Source: Heptranchias perlo | Lineage: Eukaryota | Assembly: GCF_035084215.1 (NCBI RefSeq) | Contig: NW_027139581.1 | Coordinates: forward strand, 496,001 to 560,000 | Direction: 5' to 3' | Length of the DNA stretch: 64,000 nucleotides | Shown: positions 1 through 13,500 of the stretch, in pieces | Layout of the letters: every line of letters begins with the position of its first letter | How positions within the stretch are numbered: position 1 is the first letter of the stretch | Made by a program: the position numbers and the translations under genes | The notes under the pieces: model-generated | The model's input: only the letters and a program-made list of their open reading frames with translations | Databases searched by the model: none | What the model was told of the DNA's origin: nothing

Positions 1-385
1 CACCTCGATTTTAAACTTCTCATCCTTGTTTCCAAATTCTTCCACGGCCTCGCCCCTCCCTATCTCTGTATCCTCCTCCAGCCCTACAACCCTCCGAGAT
101 TTCTGCCCTTGTCCTAAATCACTCCACCATTGGCGGCCGTGCCTTCAGCTGCCTTGACCCGAATCACTGGAATTCCCTCCCTAAACCTCTCCGCATCTCC
201 GCCTCTCTCTCCTCCTTTAAGACGCTCATTAAATCTTACCTCTTTGACCAAGCTTTTGGTCACCTGTCCTAATATCTACTTATGTGGCTCAGTGTCAAAT
301 TTTGTTTGATAATCGCTCCTGTGAAACGCCTTGGGAACTTTTATTATGTTAAAGGCGCTACATAAATGCAAGTTGTTGTTGTTGT
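1..385 (+). mobile_element. L2-clade LINE 3' fragment ending in (TTG)n tail
   Basis: Ends ...aaaggcgctacataaatgcaagttgttgttgttg; the same sequence recurs at 36010-36680 (+) and 50655-51100 (-), where it joins RT-coding sequence. Confidence 0.75.
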
Positions 386-624
386 ATGTAAACTGCTCTG
401 TGCCTGACCTGGGAGTCCCGGATACTGACAAGAGGTGCTCGGACTGATTAAATGTCCCATTTCCAGGCTCTGACACCCATCACCTCGATGAACACAAAGA
501 TTCACCTGAAGAAGGTAACACAAATCCATCAGCTTCTCCCCGGACACAGATACTGAGGGACAGGGAGTGTCCGGGACAGTGACAAGTCTAACTCAATAAG
601 CTATAAATTGATCCTGGACCTCTT

Positions 625-1310
625 AGAATCATAGAATTATCGAAAATTTACTGCACAGATGGAGGCCATTCGGCCCATCGTGTCCGCGCCGGCTGATAAA
701 CGAGCCACCCAGCCTAATCCCATTTTCCCGAGTTTGGTCCGTAGCCCTGCAGGTCACGGCTCTTCTGGTGCACATCCAGGTATTTTTTTAATGAGTTAAG
801 CGTTTCTGCCTCTACCGCCCTCTCAGGCAGTGAGTTCCAGGCCCCCACCGCCCTGTGGTTGAAAATATTTTCCTCATTTTCGCTCTAATCCTTCTACTAA
901 TAAATTTAAATCTATGCCCCCTGGTTATTGATCCCTCCGCTCAGGGAAATAGGTCCTTCTGATCCACTCTACCGAGGCCCTACATAATTTTGTACACCTC
1001 AATCAAATCACCCCTCAGCCTCCTCTGTTTCAAGGAAAACAACCACAGACTATCCAATCTGTCATCACAGCTAAAATTCTCCAATCCTGGCAAAATCCTT
1101 GTAAATCTCCTCTGCACCCTCTCCAGTGCAATTACATCCTTCCTGTAATGTGGTGACCAGAACTGTGCGCAGTACTCAAGCTGTGGCCTAACTAGTGTTT
1201 TATACAGTTCCAGCATAACATCCCTGCTGTTTTATTCTGTGCCTCAGCTAATAAAGGAAAGCATTCCATCTGCCTCCTTAACCACCTTATCGACCTCTCC
1301 TGCTACCTTG
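625..1310 (-). mobile_element. CR1 LINE 3' end (C-terminal ORF2 fragment plus 3' UTR)
   Basis: ORF 980..1216 LYKTLVRPQLEYCAQFWSPHYRKD...RRLRGDLIEVYKIM is the typical CR1 ORF2 C-terminus; tail ttctatgattcta. Confidence 0.9.
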
Positions 1311-2555
1311 TCTAACGAAGCTAGTTGATTTTTTTGAGGAGCTAATTAATGTGGTAGATTAGGAGTGTCTATGGATGTTATTTATACGAACTTCCAGAAG
1401 GCGTTCGACAAGGTTCCATATAAGAGTCTGTTGACAAAATCGAGAGTGCATGGAATTGGAGACAACCCATTGGCTTGGACAGGGAATTGGTTAGGAGGTA
1501 GGAGACAGAGAGTGGGGATAATGGATATGGACTCAAATCAGCAGGATGTGACCAGTGGTGTCCCCAGGGATCTGTACTGGGGATTCAGCTTTTCACTGTA
1601 TTTATAAATGACTTGGATGAAGGAATAGACAGCCGAAGTTCGCTGACGACAGTAAGTTAGGAAGCACAATAAATATTGTAGATGGGAGCAGATAGTTGCA
1701 AAGGGACGTTGAAAGATTAAATGAATGGGCAAAACTGTGGCAGGTGGAGTTCAATGTGGGAAAGTGTGAGGTCATCCACTTTCGACCTAAGAAAGATAGA
1801 TCAGATTATCTAAATGGTGAGATGCTCGGGACTGCGGAAGAGCAGAGAGATTGTGGGGTCCAAGTCCAGAAATCACTAAAAGCTGAAGAATTGGTCCAAA
1901 AAATAATTGAAAAGACAAATGGAACTTTGAGCCTGATCAAAAAGGGCTGGAACACAAAGGGTGGAAGTTATGTTAAAGCTGTGCTGAGCTCTGGTTAGAC
2001 CCCATCTGGAGACTGAATTCAGTTCTGGGCAGCGCACCTCAGGAAGGATATATGGGCCTTGGAGGGGGTACAGCACAGATTCACCAGAATGATACCGGGG
2101 CTAAAAAGTTTAAATTATGAGGACAGACTGCACAGACTAGGTTTGTATTCCCTTCAGTACAGAAGATTAAGGGCTGATCTAATGGTCGTATTTAAGGTGA
2201 TTAAAGGATTTGATGGGGAAGATAGAGAGAAACTATTTCCTCTGGTGGGGGAGTCCAGAACAATGGGCCATAACCTTAAAATTAAAGGTAGTCTGTTCAG
2301 GGGTGATGTCAGGAATCATTTCTTCACACAAAGGGCAGTGGAAATCTGGAACCCTCTCCTCCAAAAAGCTGTTGAGGCTGGGGATCAATTGAAAATTTCA
2401 AAACTGAGATTGATCGATTTTTGTTAGGGGCGGGTATTAAGTGTTCAAATCCAAGGCGGGTAAATGGAGTTAATATACAGATCGAACTTGATCTAATAGA
2501 ATGGGGGAACACGCTCGAGGGTTTCAATGGCCGACTCCTGTTCCTCTGTTCCGAA
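1310..2555 (+). mobile_element. CR1 LINE, degenerate RT to 3' end
   Basis: Frameshifted ORFs DVIYTNFQKAFDKVP, VTSGVP, WQVEFNVGKCEVIHF, RRLRADL. Confidence 0.9.
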
Positions 2556-2899
2556 GGAGACGGAAAATGATTCTTAAAATATGATTCTCTGGTCCTCACA
2601 CCACGGGCTGAATGTGTGCCCCGCCCGCCCGCCTTGTGTGAACACATGAAACAAGAGCCTGGCGGACGGGAGCTTCATCCACCCGCCCCAGCCCGCACCA
2701 GAGGACTTCGCGGGGCTAAAAACCAGCAGGAATCAAGCGGGACTGATCTCCGCGGACTTCCCCACCTCGACCGTCCCTGTTAGTCACTAAATCAGGGCGG
2801 TGAAAGATGAAAACCGGCCTCACTGTGTTTGTATCCCAGAGATGAGGGGATTGGGCAGAACACCAGACCAACACCTTGTGATGATGGAAAGTCTTCTCA

Positions 2900-3798
2900 T
2901 TATTTAATGAATTTAACAATTCCAGTAAAGGGATATTTCACCACATTCTTCAACTCCTCTCTGAATTTAGTCTGGGTCACGGCATAAATACACGTGTTGG
3001 TGCAGCAACTCAGGAGCTGGAGCATAAATCCCAGTTCTTGTACGTATTGAGGTAGATACACAGGAATAAAGTCTAACCCATATAATCGGTACCATACAAA
3101 AAACAACAGAAACACCGCCCATAACAGGATAAAATTCCCCGATATAACAAACAGTAAAATGATGGATTTCCTTCTCTTCTCCATCTCTGGGTCACTGGGA
3201 CTCTCCCCACTGCTGTGGGCCCGGAGTCTCCTGCGGACTCTGCTCGACACTAAAATGTGTCTGACGGTTAAAGCATTGAGCAGCAGAATCAGAACAAATG
3301 GAACAAATGGGGTTACAATATAATGAAGGAATTCAATTACTGCCCATACCTGTGAATCAAGAACATCCAATGATACAAAACAAAACCAGGGAGAATTACG
3401 AATCCAATATTCACCTCCAAGCATAAAGTACCAGAAAGTGTTCTTCACACAGAACAGCACACTCACTGTTCCCAGAACCACAGCCGCCGTTTTCTCGGTG
3501 CAATATTTTGTTTTCAGCTTCTGGAAACAAATGGCCACAAATCGATCAAAGGTGAAAGTGACTGTGAACCAGACAGAATAGTCTGTGACTGCGTAAAGCA
3601 GGACGGCGTGGATATTACACACTTTAAAGTTCCACATGAACATAAATTGAGTCCAAAAAAGAATAGGAATCTGCCTGAATATCAGATCAGTGATAACGAC
3701 CAGTAGATCCGCCGCTGCCATGGACACCAGGTAACGGGTGACACATTTGGAGAGACCACATCTTCCTCGAGACAGGATCACAATCGTCACTAAGTTCA
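2900..3798 (-). CDS. GPR139/GPR142-like class A GPCR (chondrichthyan-expanded type), exon 2 of 2
   Basis: Open 7TM-type exon with MAAADLLV (TM2), SVWFTVTFTFDRFVAIC (TM3, DRF), DPEMEKRRKSIILLF and LQLLSCCTNTCIY (TM7); acceptor ttttcttccttacag ends at 3799; phase matches exon 1; stop at 2900. Confidence 0.9.
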
Positions 3799-4234
3799 CT
3801 GTAAGGAAGAAAAACAGGGAATTATACTTCAGACTGAGATTAAAAGCAGCAGCCTGGTCGAATTCAGGGTGAAATGTTCAATTATTATTGAATCCAGGGA
3901 CAGAATCTTATTCCTTTACCTGTGAAAGAACTTTCTGCTCTGTGGAGGGTTTATTGTAAAACACCGCCCTGGTGTCGCAGGAAACCAAAACCACCAGCAG
4001 GTCCCAGCTCCAATCCAGGGCCTGTACTGGGTCGGCAGTTCGAAGCTCCAATGGCCTCAATGACCTTGTGTTTGGAGGGAAATCGGACAGGGTTCCTCGT
4101 CCTGGTCACAGTCCTGTGACCCTGCTGGGAACTGCGCATGTCTGGACTATGGATGAACATATTTGGACTGGGCTGTGATTCCCTCCGAGGGGAAATTGTT
4201 CCATTTTTAAAATGACCACCTGAAAACAGGAAAG

Positions 4235-4545
4235 TCTTATATTTGTCCCACGCCTTTCACGAACTCAGAATGTCCCAAAGCGCTTCACAGCCAATGGGTT
4301 AATTTTGAAGTGTGATTCAATCAATAATTAATTTCACTGCAATTTACACCATACAGTTGCTTTAACAAACATCCCAAGGAACTTCACAGAGGCGTGAGGA
4401 AAATGGACGTCAAGCCAAAGAATGAGAGATTTGGAGCACTGAGCGAAAGCTTGGGTGTGAAGGAGGGTCTTAAAGGGGGAGAGGGAGGTGGAGAGGATGA
4501 AATGTTCAAGGAGAACATGTCAGAGCGTGAGACGTCCGCGGCTCA
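4235..4545 (-). mobile_element. SINE/L2 tail fragments immediately left of the minisatellite
   Basis: gtcccaaagcgcttcacagccaatg (SINE/L2 tail motif), then cccaaggaacttcacagagg...aaagcttgg...gtcttaaaggggga, which aligns by eye to the L2 copy at 50700-50880. Confidence 0.6.
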
Positions 4546-7500
4546 ACTCACGGTCACCACTGATGGAGTGAAGGGAGAGGAGGATGGACAAGAGACTGGA
4601 GTCACGGTCACCACTGGTGGAGTGAAGGGAGAGGAGGGTGGACAAGAGACTGGAGTCACGGTCACCACTGGTGGAGTGAAGGGAGAGGAGGATGGACAAG
4701 AGACTGGAGTCACGGTCACCACTGGTGGAGTGAAGGGAGAGGAGGATGGACAAGAGACTGGAGTCACGGCCACCACTGGTGGAGTGAAGGGAGATGAGGG
4801 TGGACAAGAGACTGGAGTCAGGGTCACCACTGGTGGAGTGAAGGGAGAGGAGGGTGGACAAGAGACTGGAGTCACGGTCACCACTGGTGGAGTGAAGGGA
4901 GAGGAGGGTGGACAAGTGACTGGAGTCACGGTCACCACTGGTGGAGTGAAGGGAGAGGAGGATGGACAAGAGACTGGAGTCACGGTCACCACTGGTGGAG
5001 TGAAGGGAGAGGAGGATGGACAAGAGACTGGAGTCACGGTCACCACTGGTGGAGTGAAGGGAGAGGAGGATGGACAAGAGACTGGAGTCACGGCCACCAC
5101 TGTTGGAGTGAAGGGAGAGGAGGGTGGACAAGAGACTGGAGTCACGGCCACCACTGGTGGAGTGAAGGGAGAGGAGGATGGACAAGAGACTGGAGTCACG
5201 GCCACCACTGATGGAGTGAAGGGAGAGGAGGATGGACAAGAGACTGGAGTCACGGCCACCACTGTTGGAGTGAAGGGAGAGGAGGGTGGACAAGAGACTG
5301 GAGTCACGGCCACCACTGTTGGAGTGAAGGGAGAGGAGGATGGACAAGAGACTGGAGTCACGGCCATCACTGATGGAGTGAAGGGAGAGGAGGATGGACA
5401 AGAGACTGGAGTCACGGCCACCACTGATAGAGTGAAGGGAGAGGAGGATGGACAAGAGACTGGAGTCACGGCCACCACTGGTGGAGTGAAGGGACAGGAG
5501 GGTGGACAAGAGACTGGAGTCACGGTCACCACTGGTGGAGTGAAGGGAGAGGAGGGTGGACAAGAGACTGGAGTCACGGCCATCACTGGTGGAGTGAAGG
5601 GAGAGGAGGATGGACAAGAGACTGGAGTCACGGTCACCACTGGTGGAGTGAACGGAGAGGAGGGGGGACAAGAGACTGGAGTCACGGCCACCACTGGTGG
5701 AGTGAAGGGAGAGGAGGGTGGACAAGAGACTGGAGTCACGGTCACCACTGGTGGAGTGAAGGGAGAGGAGGATGGACAAGTGACTGGAGTCACGGTCACC
5801 ACTGGTGGAGTGAAGGGAGAGGAGGATGGACAAGAGACTGGAGTCACGGTCACCACTGGTGGAGTGAAGGGAGAGGAGGGTGGACAAGAGACTGGAGTCA
5901 CGGCCTTCATTGGTGGAGTGAAGGGAGAGGAGGGAGGACAAGAGACTGGAGTCATGACCACCACTGGTGGAGTGAAGGGAGAGGAGGATGGACAAGAGAC
6001 TGGAGTCACGGCCACCACTGATGGAGTGAAGGGAGAGGAGAATGGACAAGAGACTGGAGTCACGGCCACCACTGTTGGAGTGAAGGGAGAGGAGGGTGGA
6101 CAAGAGACTGGAGTCACGGCCACCACTGGTGGAGTGAAGGGAGAGGAGGATGGACAAGAGACTGGAGTCACGGCCACCACTGATGGAGTGAAGGGAGAGG
6201 AGGATGGACAAGAGACTGGAGTCACGGCCACCACTGTTGGAGTGAAGGGAGAGGAGGGTGGACAAGAGACTGGAGTCACGGCCACCACTGTTGGAGTGAA
6301 GGGAGAGGAGGATGGACAAGAGACTGGAGTCACGGCCATCACTGATGGAGTGAAGGGAGAGGAGGATGGACAAGAGACTGGAGTCACGGCCACCACTGAT
6401 AGAGTGAAGGGAGAGGAGGATGGACAAGAGACTGGAGTCACGGCCACCACTGGTGGAGTGAAGGGACAGGAGGGTGGACAAGAGACTGGAGTCACGGCCA
6501 TCACTGGTGGAGTGAAGGGAGAGGAGGGTGGACAAGAGACTGGAGTCACGGCCACCACTGGTGGAGTGAAGGGACAGGAGGGTGGACAAGAGACTGGAGT
6601 CACGGCCACCACTGGTGGAGTGAAGGGACAGGAGGGTGGACAAGAGACTGGAGTCACGGCCACCACTGGTGGAGTGAAGGGAGAGGAGGATGGACAAGAG
6701 ACTGGAGTCACGGTCACCACTGGTGGAGTTAACGGAGAGGAGGGTGGACAAGAGACTGGAGTCACGGCCACCACTGGTGGAGTGAAGGGAGAGGAGGATG
6801 GACAAGAGACTGGAGTCACGGCCACCACTGGTGGAGTGAAGGGAGAGGAGGGTGGACAAGAGACTGGAGTCACGGTCACCACTGGTGGAGTGAACGGAGA
6901 GGAGGGTGGACAAGAGACTGGAGTCACGGCCACCACTGGTGGTGTGAAGGGAGAGGAGGATGGACAAGAGACTGGAGTCACGGCCACCACTGGTGGAGTG
7001 AAGGGAGAGGAGGGTGGACAAGAGACTGGAGTCACGGCCACCACTGTTGGAGTGAAGGGAGAGGAGGGTGGACAAGAGACTGGAGTCACGGTCACCACTG
7101 GTGGAGTGAAGGGAGAGGAGGATGGACAAGTGACTGGAGTCACGGTCACCACTGGTGGAGTAAAGGGAGAGGAGGATGGACAAGAGACTGGAGACACGGT
7201 CACCACTGGTGGAGTAAAGGGAGAGGAGGATGGACAAGAGACTGGAGTCACGGCCATCACTGGTGGAGTGAAGGGAGAGGAGGGTGGACAAGAGACTGGA
7301 GTCACGGCCACCACTGGTGGAGTGAAGGGAGAGGAGGGTGGACAAGAGACTGGAGTCACGGCCACCACTGGTGGAGTGAAGGGAGAGGAGGGAGGACAAG
7401 AGACTGGAGTCACGGCCATCACTGGTGGAGTGAAGGGAGAGGAGGGTGGACAAGAAACTGGAGTCACGGCCATCACTGGTGGAGTGAAGGGAGAGGAGGA

Positions 7501-10500
7501 TGGACAAGAGACTGGAGTCACGGTCACCACTGGTGGAGTGAAGGGAGAGGAGGGTGGACAAGAGACTGGAGTCACGGTCACCACTGGTGGAGTGAAGGGA
7601 GAGGAGGATGGACAAGAGACTGGAGTCACGGTCACCACTGGTGGAGTGAAGGGAGAGGAGGATGGACAAGAGACTGGAGTCACGGTCACCACTGGTGGAG
7701 TGAAGGGAGAGGAGGGTGGACAAGAGACTGGAGTCACGGTCACCACTGGTGGAGTGAAGGGAGAGGAGGATGGACAAGAGACTGGAGTCACGGTCACCAC
7801 TGGTGGAGTGAAGGGAGAGGAGGATGGACAAGAGACTGGAGTCACGGCCACCACTGGTGGAGTGAAGGGAGAGGAGGATGAACAGGAGACTGGAGTCACG
7901 GTCACCACTGGTGGAGTGAAGGGAGAGGAGGGTGGACAAGAGACTGGAGTCACGGCCTTCATTGGTGGAGTGAAGGGAGAGGAGGATGGACAAGAGACTG
8001 GAGTCACGGTCACCACTGGTGGAGTGAAGGGAGAGGAGGGTGGACAAGAGACTGGAGTCACGGCCACCACTGGTGGAGTGAAGGGAGAGGAGGGTGGACA
8101 AGAGACTGGAGTCACGGCCACCACTGATGGAGTGAAGGGAGAGGAGGATGGACAAGAGACTGGAGTCATGACCACCACCGGTGGAGTGAAGGGAGAGGAG
8201 GGTGGACAAGAGACTGGAGTCACGGCCACCACTGATGGAGTGAAGGGAGAGGAGGATGGACAAGAGACTGGAGTCACGGCCACCACTGTTGGAGTGAAGG
8301 GAGAGGAGGGTGGACAAGAGACTGGAGTCACGGCCACCACTGTTGGAGTGAAGGGAGAGGAGGATGGACAAGAGACTGGAGTCACGGCCATCACTGATGG
8401 AGTGAAGGGAGAGGAGGATGGACAAGAGACTGGAGTCACGGCCACCACAGATAGAGTGAAGGGAGAGGAGGATGGACAAGAGACTGGAGTCACGGCCACC
8501 ACTGGTGGAGTGAAGGGACAGGAGGGTGGACAAGAGACTGGAGTCACGGCCATCACTGGTGGAGTGAAGGGAGAGGAGGGTGGACAAGAGACTGGAGTCA
8601 CGTCCACCACTGGTGGAGTGAAGGGACAGGAGGGTGGACAAGAGACTGGAGTCACGGCCACCACTGGTGGAGTGAAGGGACAGGAGGGTGGACAAGAGAC
8701 TGGAGTCACGGCCACCACTGGTGGAGTGAAGGGAGAGGAGGATGGACAAGAGACTGGAGTCACGGTCACCACTGGTGGAGTGAACGGAGAGGAGGGTGGA
8801 CAAGAGACTGGAGTCACGGCCACCACTGGTGGAGTGAAGGGAGAGGAGGATGGACAAGAGACTGGAGTCACGGCCACCACTGGTGGAGTGAAGGGAGAGG
8901 AGGGTGGACAAGAGACTGGAGTCACGGTCACCACTGGTGGAGTGAACGGAGAGGAGGGTGGACAAGAGACTGGAGTCACGGCCACCACTGGTGGAGTGAA
9001 GGGAGAGGAGGATGGACAAGAGACTGGAGTCACGGCCACCACTGGTGGAGTGAAGGGAGAGGAGGGTGGACAAGAGACTGGAGTCACGGCCACCACTGTT
9101 GGAGTGAAGGGAGAGGAGGGTGGACAAGAGACTGGAGTCACGGTCACCACTGGTGGGGTGAAGGGAGAGGAGGATGGACAAGAGACTGGAGTCACGGCCA
9201 CCACTGGTGGAGTGAAGGGAGAGGAGGATGGACAAGAGACTGGAGTCACGGCCACCACTGGTGGAGTGAAGGGAGAGGAGGGTGGACAAGAGACTGGAGT
9301 CACGGCCATCACTGGTGGAGTGAAGGGAGAGGAGGGAGGACAAGAGACTGGAGTCACGGTCACCACTGGTGGAGTGAAGGGAGAGGAGGATGGACAAGTG
9401 ACTGGAGTCACGGTCACCACTGGTGGAGTAAAGGGAGAGGAGGATGGACAAGAGACTGGAGTCACGGTCACCACTGGTGGAGTAAAGGGAGAGGAGGATG
9501 GACAAGAGACTGGAGTCACGGCCATCACTGGTGGAGTGAAGGGAGAGGAGGGTGGACAAGAGACTGGAGTCACGGCCACCACTGGTGGAGTGAAGGGAGA
9601 GGAGGGTGGACAAGAGACTGGAGTCACGGCCACCACTGGTGGAGTGAAGGGAGAGGAGGGAGGACAAGAGACTGGAGTCACGGCCATCACTGGTGGAGTG
9701 AAGGGAGAGGAGGGTGGACAAGAGACTGGAGTCACGGCCACCACTGGTGGAGTGAAGGGAGAGGAGGGTGGACAAGAAACTGGAGTCACGGCCATCACTG
9801 GTGGAGTGAAGGGAGAGGAGGGTGGACAAGAGACTGGAGTCACGACCACCACTGGTGGAGGAAAGGGAGAGGAGGATGGACAAGAGACTGGAGTCACGGT
9901 CACCACTGGTGGAGTGAAGGGAGAGGAGGATGGACAAGAGACTGGAGTCACGGTCACCACTGGTGGAGTGAAGGGAGAGGAGGGTGGACAAGAGACTGGA
10001 GTCACGGCCACCACTGGTGGAGTAAAGGGAGAGGAGGGTGGACAAGCGACTGGAGTCACGGCCACCACTGGTGGAGTGAAGGGAGAGGAGGATGGACAAG
10101 AGACTGGAGTCACGGCCACCACTGGTGGAGTGAAGGGAGAGGAGGATGGACAAGAGACTGGAGTCACGGTCACCACTGGTGGAGTGAAGGGAGAGGAGGA
10201 TGGACAAGAGACTGGAGTCACGGTCACCACTGGTGGAGTGAAGGGAGAGGAGGATGGACAAGAGACTGGAGTCACGGTCACCACTGGTGGAGTGAAGGGA
10301 GAGGAGGGAGGACAAGAGACTGGAGTCACGGTCACCATTGGTGGAGTGAAGGGAGAGGAGGGTGGACAAGAGACTGGAGTCACGGCCATCACTGATGGAG
10401 TGAAGGGAGAGGAGGATGAACAAGAGACTGGAGTCACGGTCACCACTGGTGGAGTGAAGGGAGAGGAGGGTGGACAAGAGACTGGAGTCACGGTCACCAC

Positions 10501-13500
10501 TGGTGGAGTGAAGGGAGAGGAGGGAGGACAAGAGACTGGAGTCACGGCCATCACTGATGGAGTGAAGGGAGAGGAGGGTGGACAAGAGACTGGAGTCACG
10601 GCCACCACTGGTGGAGTGAAGGGAGAGGAGGATGGACAAGAGACTGGAGTCACGGCCACCACTGGTGGAGTGAAGGGAGAGGAGGATGGACAAGAGACTG
10701 GAGTCACGGCCACCACTGGTGGAGTGAAGGGAGAGGAGGGTGGACAAGAGACTGGAGTCACGGCCATCACTGGTGGAGTGAAGTGAGAGGAGGGAGGACA
10801 AGAGACTGGAGTCACGGTCACCACTGGTGGAGTGAAGGGAGAGGAGGATGGACAAGTGACTGGAGTCACGGTCACCACTGGTGGAGTAAAGGGAGAGGAG
10901 GATGGACAAGAGACTGGAGTCACGGTCACCACTGGTGGAGTAAAGGGAGAGGAGGATGGACAAGAGACTGGAGTCACGGCCATCACTGGTGGAGTGAAGG
11001 GAGAGGAGGGTGGACAAGAGACTGGAGTCACGGCCACCACTGGTGGAGTGAAGGGAGAGGAGGGTGGACAAGAGACTGGAGTCACGGCCACCACTGGTGG
11101 AGTGAAGGGAGAGGAGGGAGGACAAGAGACTGGAGTCACGGCCATCACTGGTGGAGTGAAGGGAGAGGAGGGTGGACAAGAGACTGGAGTCACGGCCACC
11201 ACTGGTGGAGTGAAGGGAGAGGAGGGTGGACAAGAAACTGGAGTCACGGCCATCACTGGTGGAGTGAAGGGAGAGGAGGGTGGACAAGAGACTGGAGTCA
11301 CGACCACCACTGGTGGAGGAAAGGGAGAGGAGGATGGACAAGAGACTGGAGTCACGGTCACCACTGGTGGAGTGAAGGGAGAGGAGGATGGACAAGAGAC
11401 TGGAGTCACGGTCACCACTGGTGGAGTGAAGGGAGAGGAGGGTGGACAAGAGACTGGAGTCACGGCCACCACTGGTGGAGTAAAGGGAGAGGAGGGTGGA
11501 CAAGCGACTGGAGTCACGGCCACCACTGGTGGAGTGAAGGGAGAGGAGGATGGACAAGAGACTGGAGTCACGGCCACCACTGGTGGAGTGAAGGGAGAGG
11601 AGGATGGACAAGAGACTGGAGTCACGGTCACCACTGGTGGAGTGAAGGGAGAGGAAGATGGACAAGAGACTGGAGTCACGGCCACCACTGGTGGAGTGAA
11701 GGGAGAGGAGGATGGACAAGAGACTGGAGTCACGGTCACCACTGGTGGAGTGAAGGGAGAGGAGGATGGACAAGAGACTGGAGTCACGGTCACCACTGGT
11801 GGAGTGAAGGGAGAGGAGGATGGACAAGAGACTGGAGTCACGGTCACCACTGGTGGAGTGAAGGGAGAGGAGGGAGGACAAGAGACTGGAGTCACGGTCA
11901 CCACTGGTGGAGTGAAGGGAGAGGAGGGTGGACAAGAGACTGGAGTCACGGCCATCACTGATGGAGTGAAGGGAGAGGAGGATGAACAAGAGACTGGAGT
12001 CACGGTCACCACTGGTGGAGTGAAGGGAGAGGAGGGTGGACAAGAGACTGGAGTCACGGTCACCACTGGTGGAGTGAAGGGAGAGGAGGGAGGACAAGAG
12101 ACTGGAGTCACGGCCATCACTGATGGAGTGAAGGGAGAGGAGGGTGGACAAGAGACTGGAGTCACGGCCACCACTGGTGGAGTGAAGGGAGAGGAGGATG
12201 GACAAGAGACTGGAGTCACGGCCACCACTGGTGGAGTGAAGGGAGAGGAGGGTGGACAAGAGACTGGAGTCACGGCCACCACTGCTGGAGTGAAGGGAGA
12301 GGAGGGAGGACAAGAGACTGGAGTCACGGCCATCACTGATGGAGTGAAGGGAGAGGAGGGTGGACAAGAGACTGGAGTCACGGTCACCACTGGTGGAGTG
12401 AAGGGAGAGGAGGGTGGACAAGAGACTGGAGTCAGGGCCACCACTGCTGGAGTGAAGGGAGAGCAGGATGGACAAGAGACTGGAGTCACGACCACCACTG
12501 CTGAAGTGAAGGGAGAGGAGGATGGACAAGAGACTGGAGTCACGGCCATCACTGGTGGAGTGAAGGGAGAGGAGGATGGACAAGAGACTGGAGTCACGGC
12601 CACCACTGGTGGAGTGAAGGGAGAGGAGGGAGGACAAGAGACTGGAGTCACGGCCACCACTGGTGGAGTGAAGGGAGAGGAGGGTGGACAAGAGACTGGA
12701 GTCACGGTCACCACTGGTGGAGTGAAGGGAGAGGAGGATGGACAAGAGACTGGAGTCACGGCCATCACTGGTGGAGTGAAGGGAGAGGAGGATGGACAAG
12801 AGACTGGAGTCACGGCCATCACTGGTGGAGTGAAGGGAGAGGAGGGTGGACAAGAGACTGGAGTCACGGTCACCACTGGTGGAGTGAAGGGAGAGGAGGG
12901 TGGACAAGAGACTGGAGTCACGGCCATCACTGGTGGAGTGAAGGGAGAGGAGGATGGACAAGAGACTGGAGTCACGGCCACAACTGGTGGAGTGAAGGGA
13001 GAGGAGGATGGACAAGAGACTGGAGTCACGGCCATCACTGGTGGAGTGAAGGGAGAGGAGGGTGGACAAGGGACTGGAGTCACGGTCACCACTGGTGGAG
13101 TGAAGGGACAGGAGGGTGGACAAGAGACTGGAGTCACGGCCACCACTGGTGGAGTGAAGGGAGAGGAGGGTGGACAAGAGACTGGAGTCACGGTCACCAC
13201 TGGTGGAGTGAAGGGAGAGGAGGATGGACAAGAGACTGGAGTCACGGTCACCACTGGTGGAGTGAAGGGAGAGGAGGGTGGACAAGAGACTGGAGTCACG
13301 GCCACCACTGGTGGAGTGAAGGGAGAGGAGGATGGACAAGAGACTGGAGTCACGGTCACCACTGGTGGAGTGAAGGGAGAGGAAGATGGACAAGAGACTG
13401 GAGTCACGGCCACCACTGGTGGAGTGAAGGGAGAGGAGGATGGACAAGAGACTGGAGTCACGGTCACCACTGGTGGAGTGAAGGGAGAGGAGGATGGACA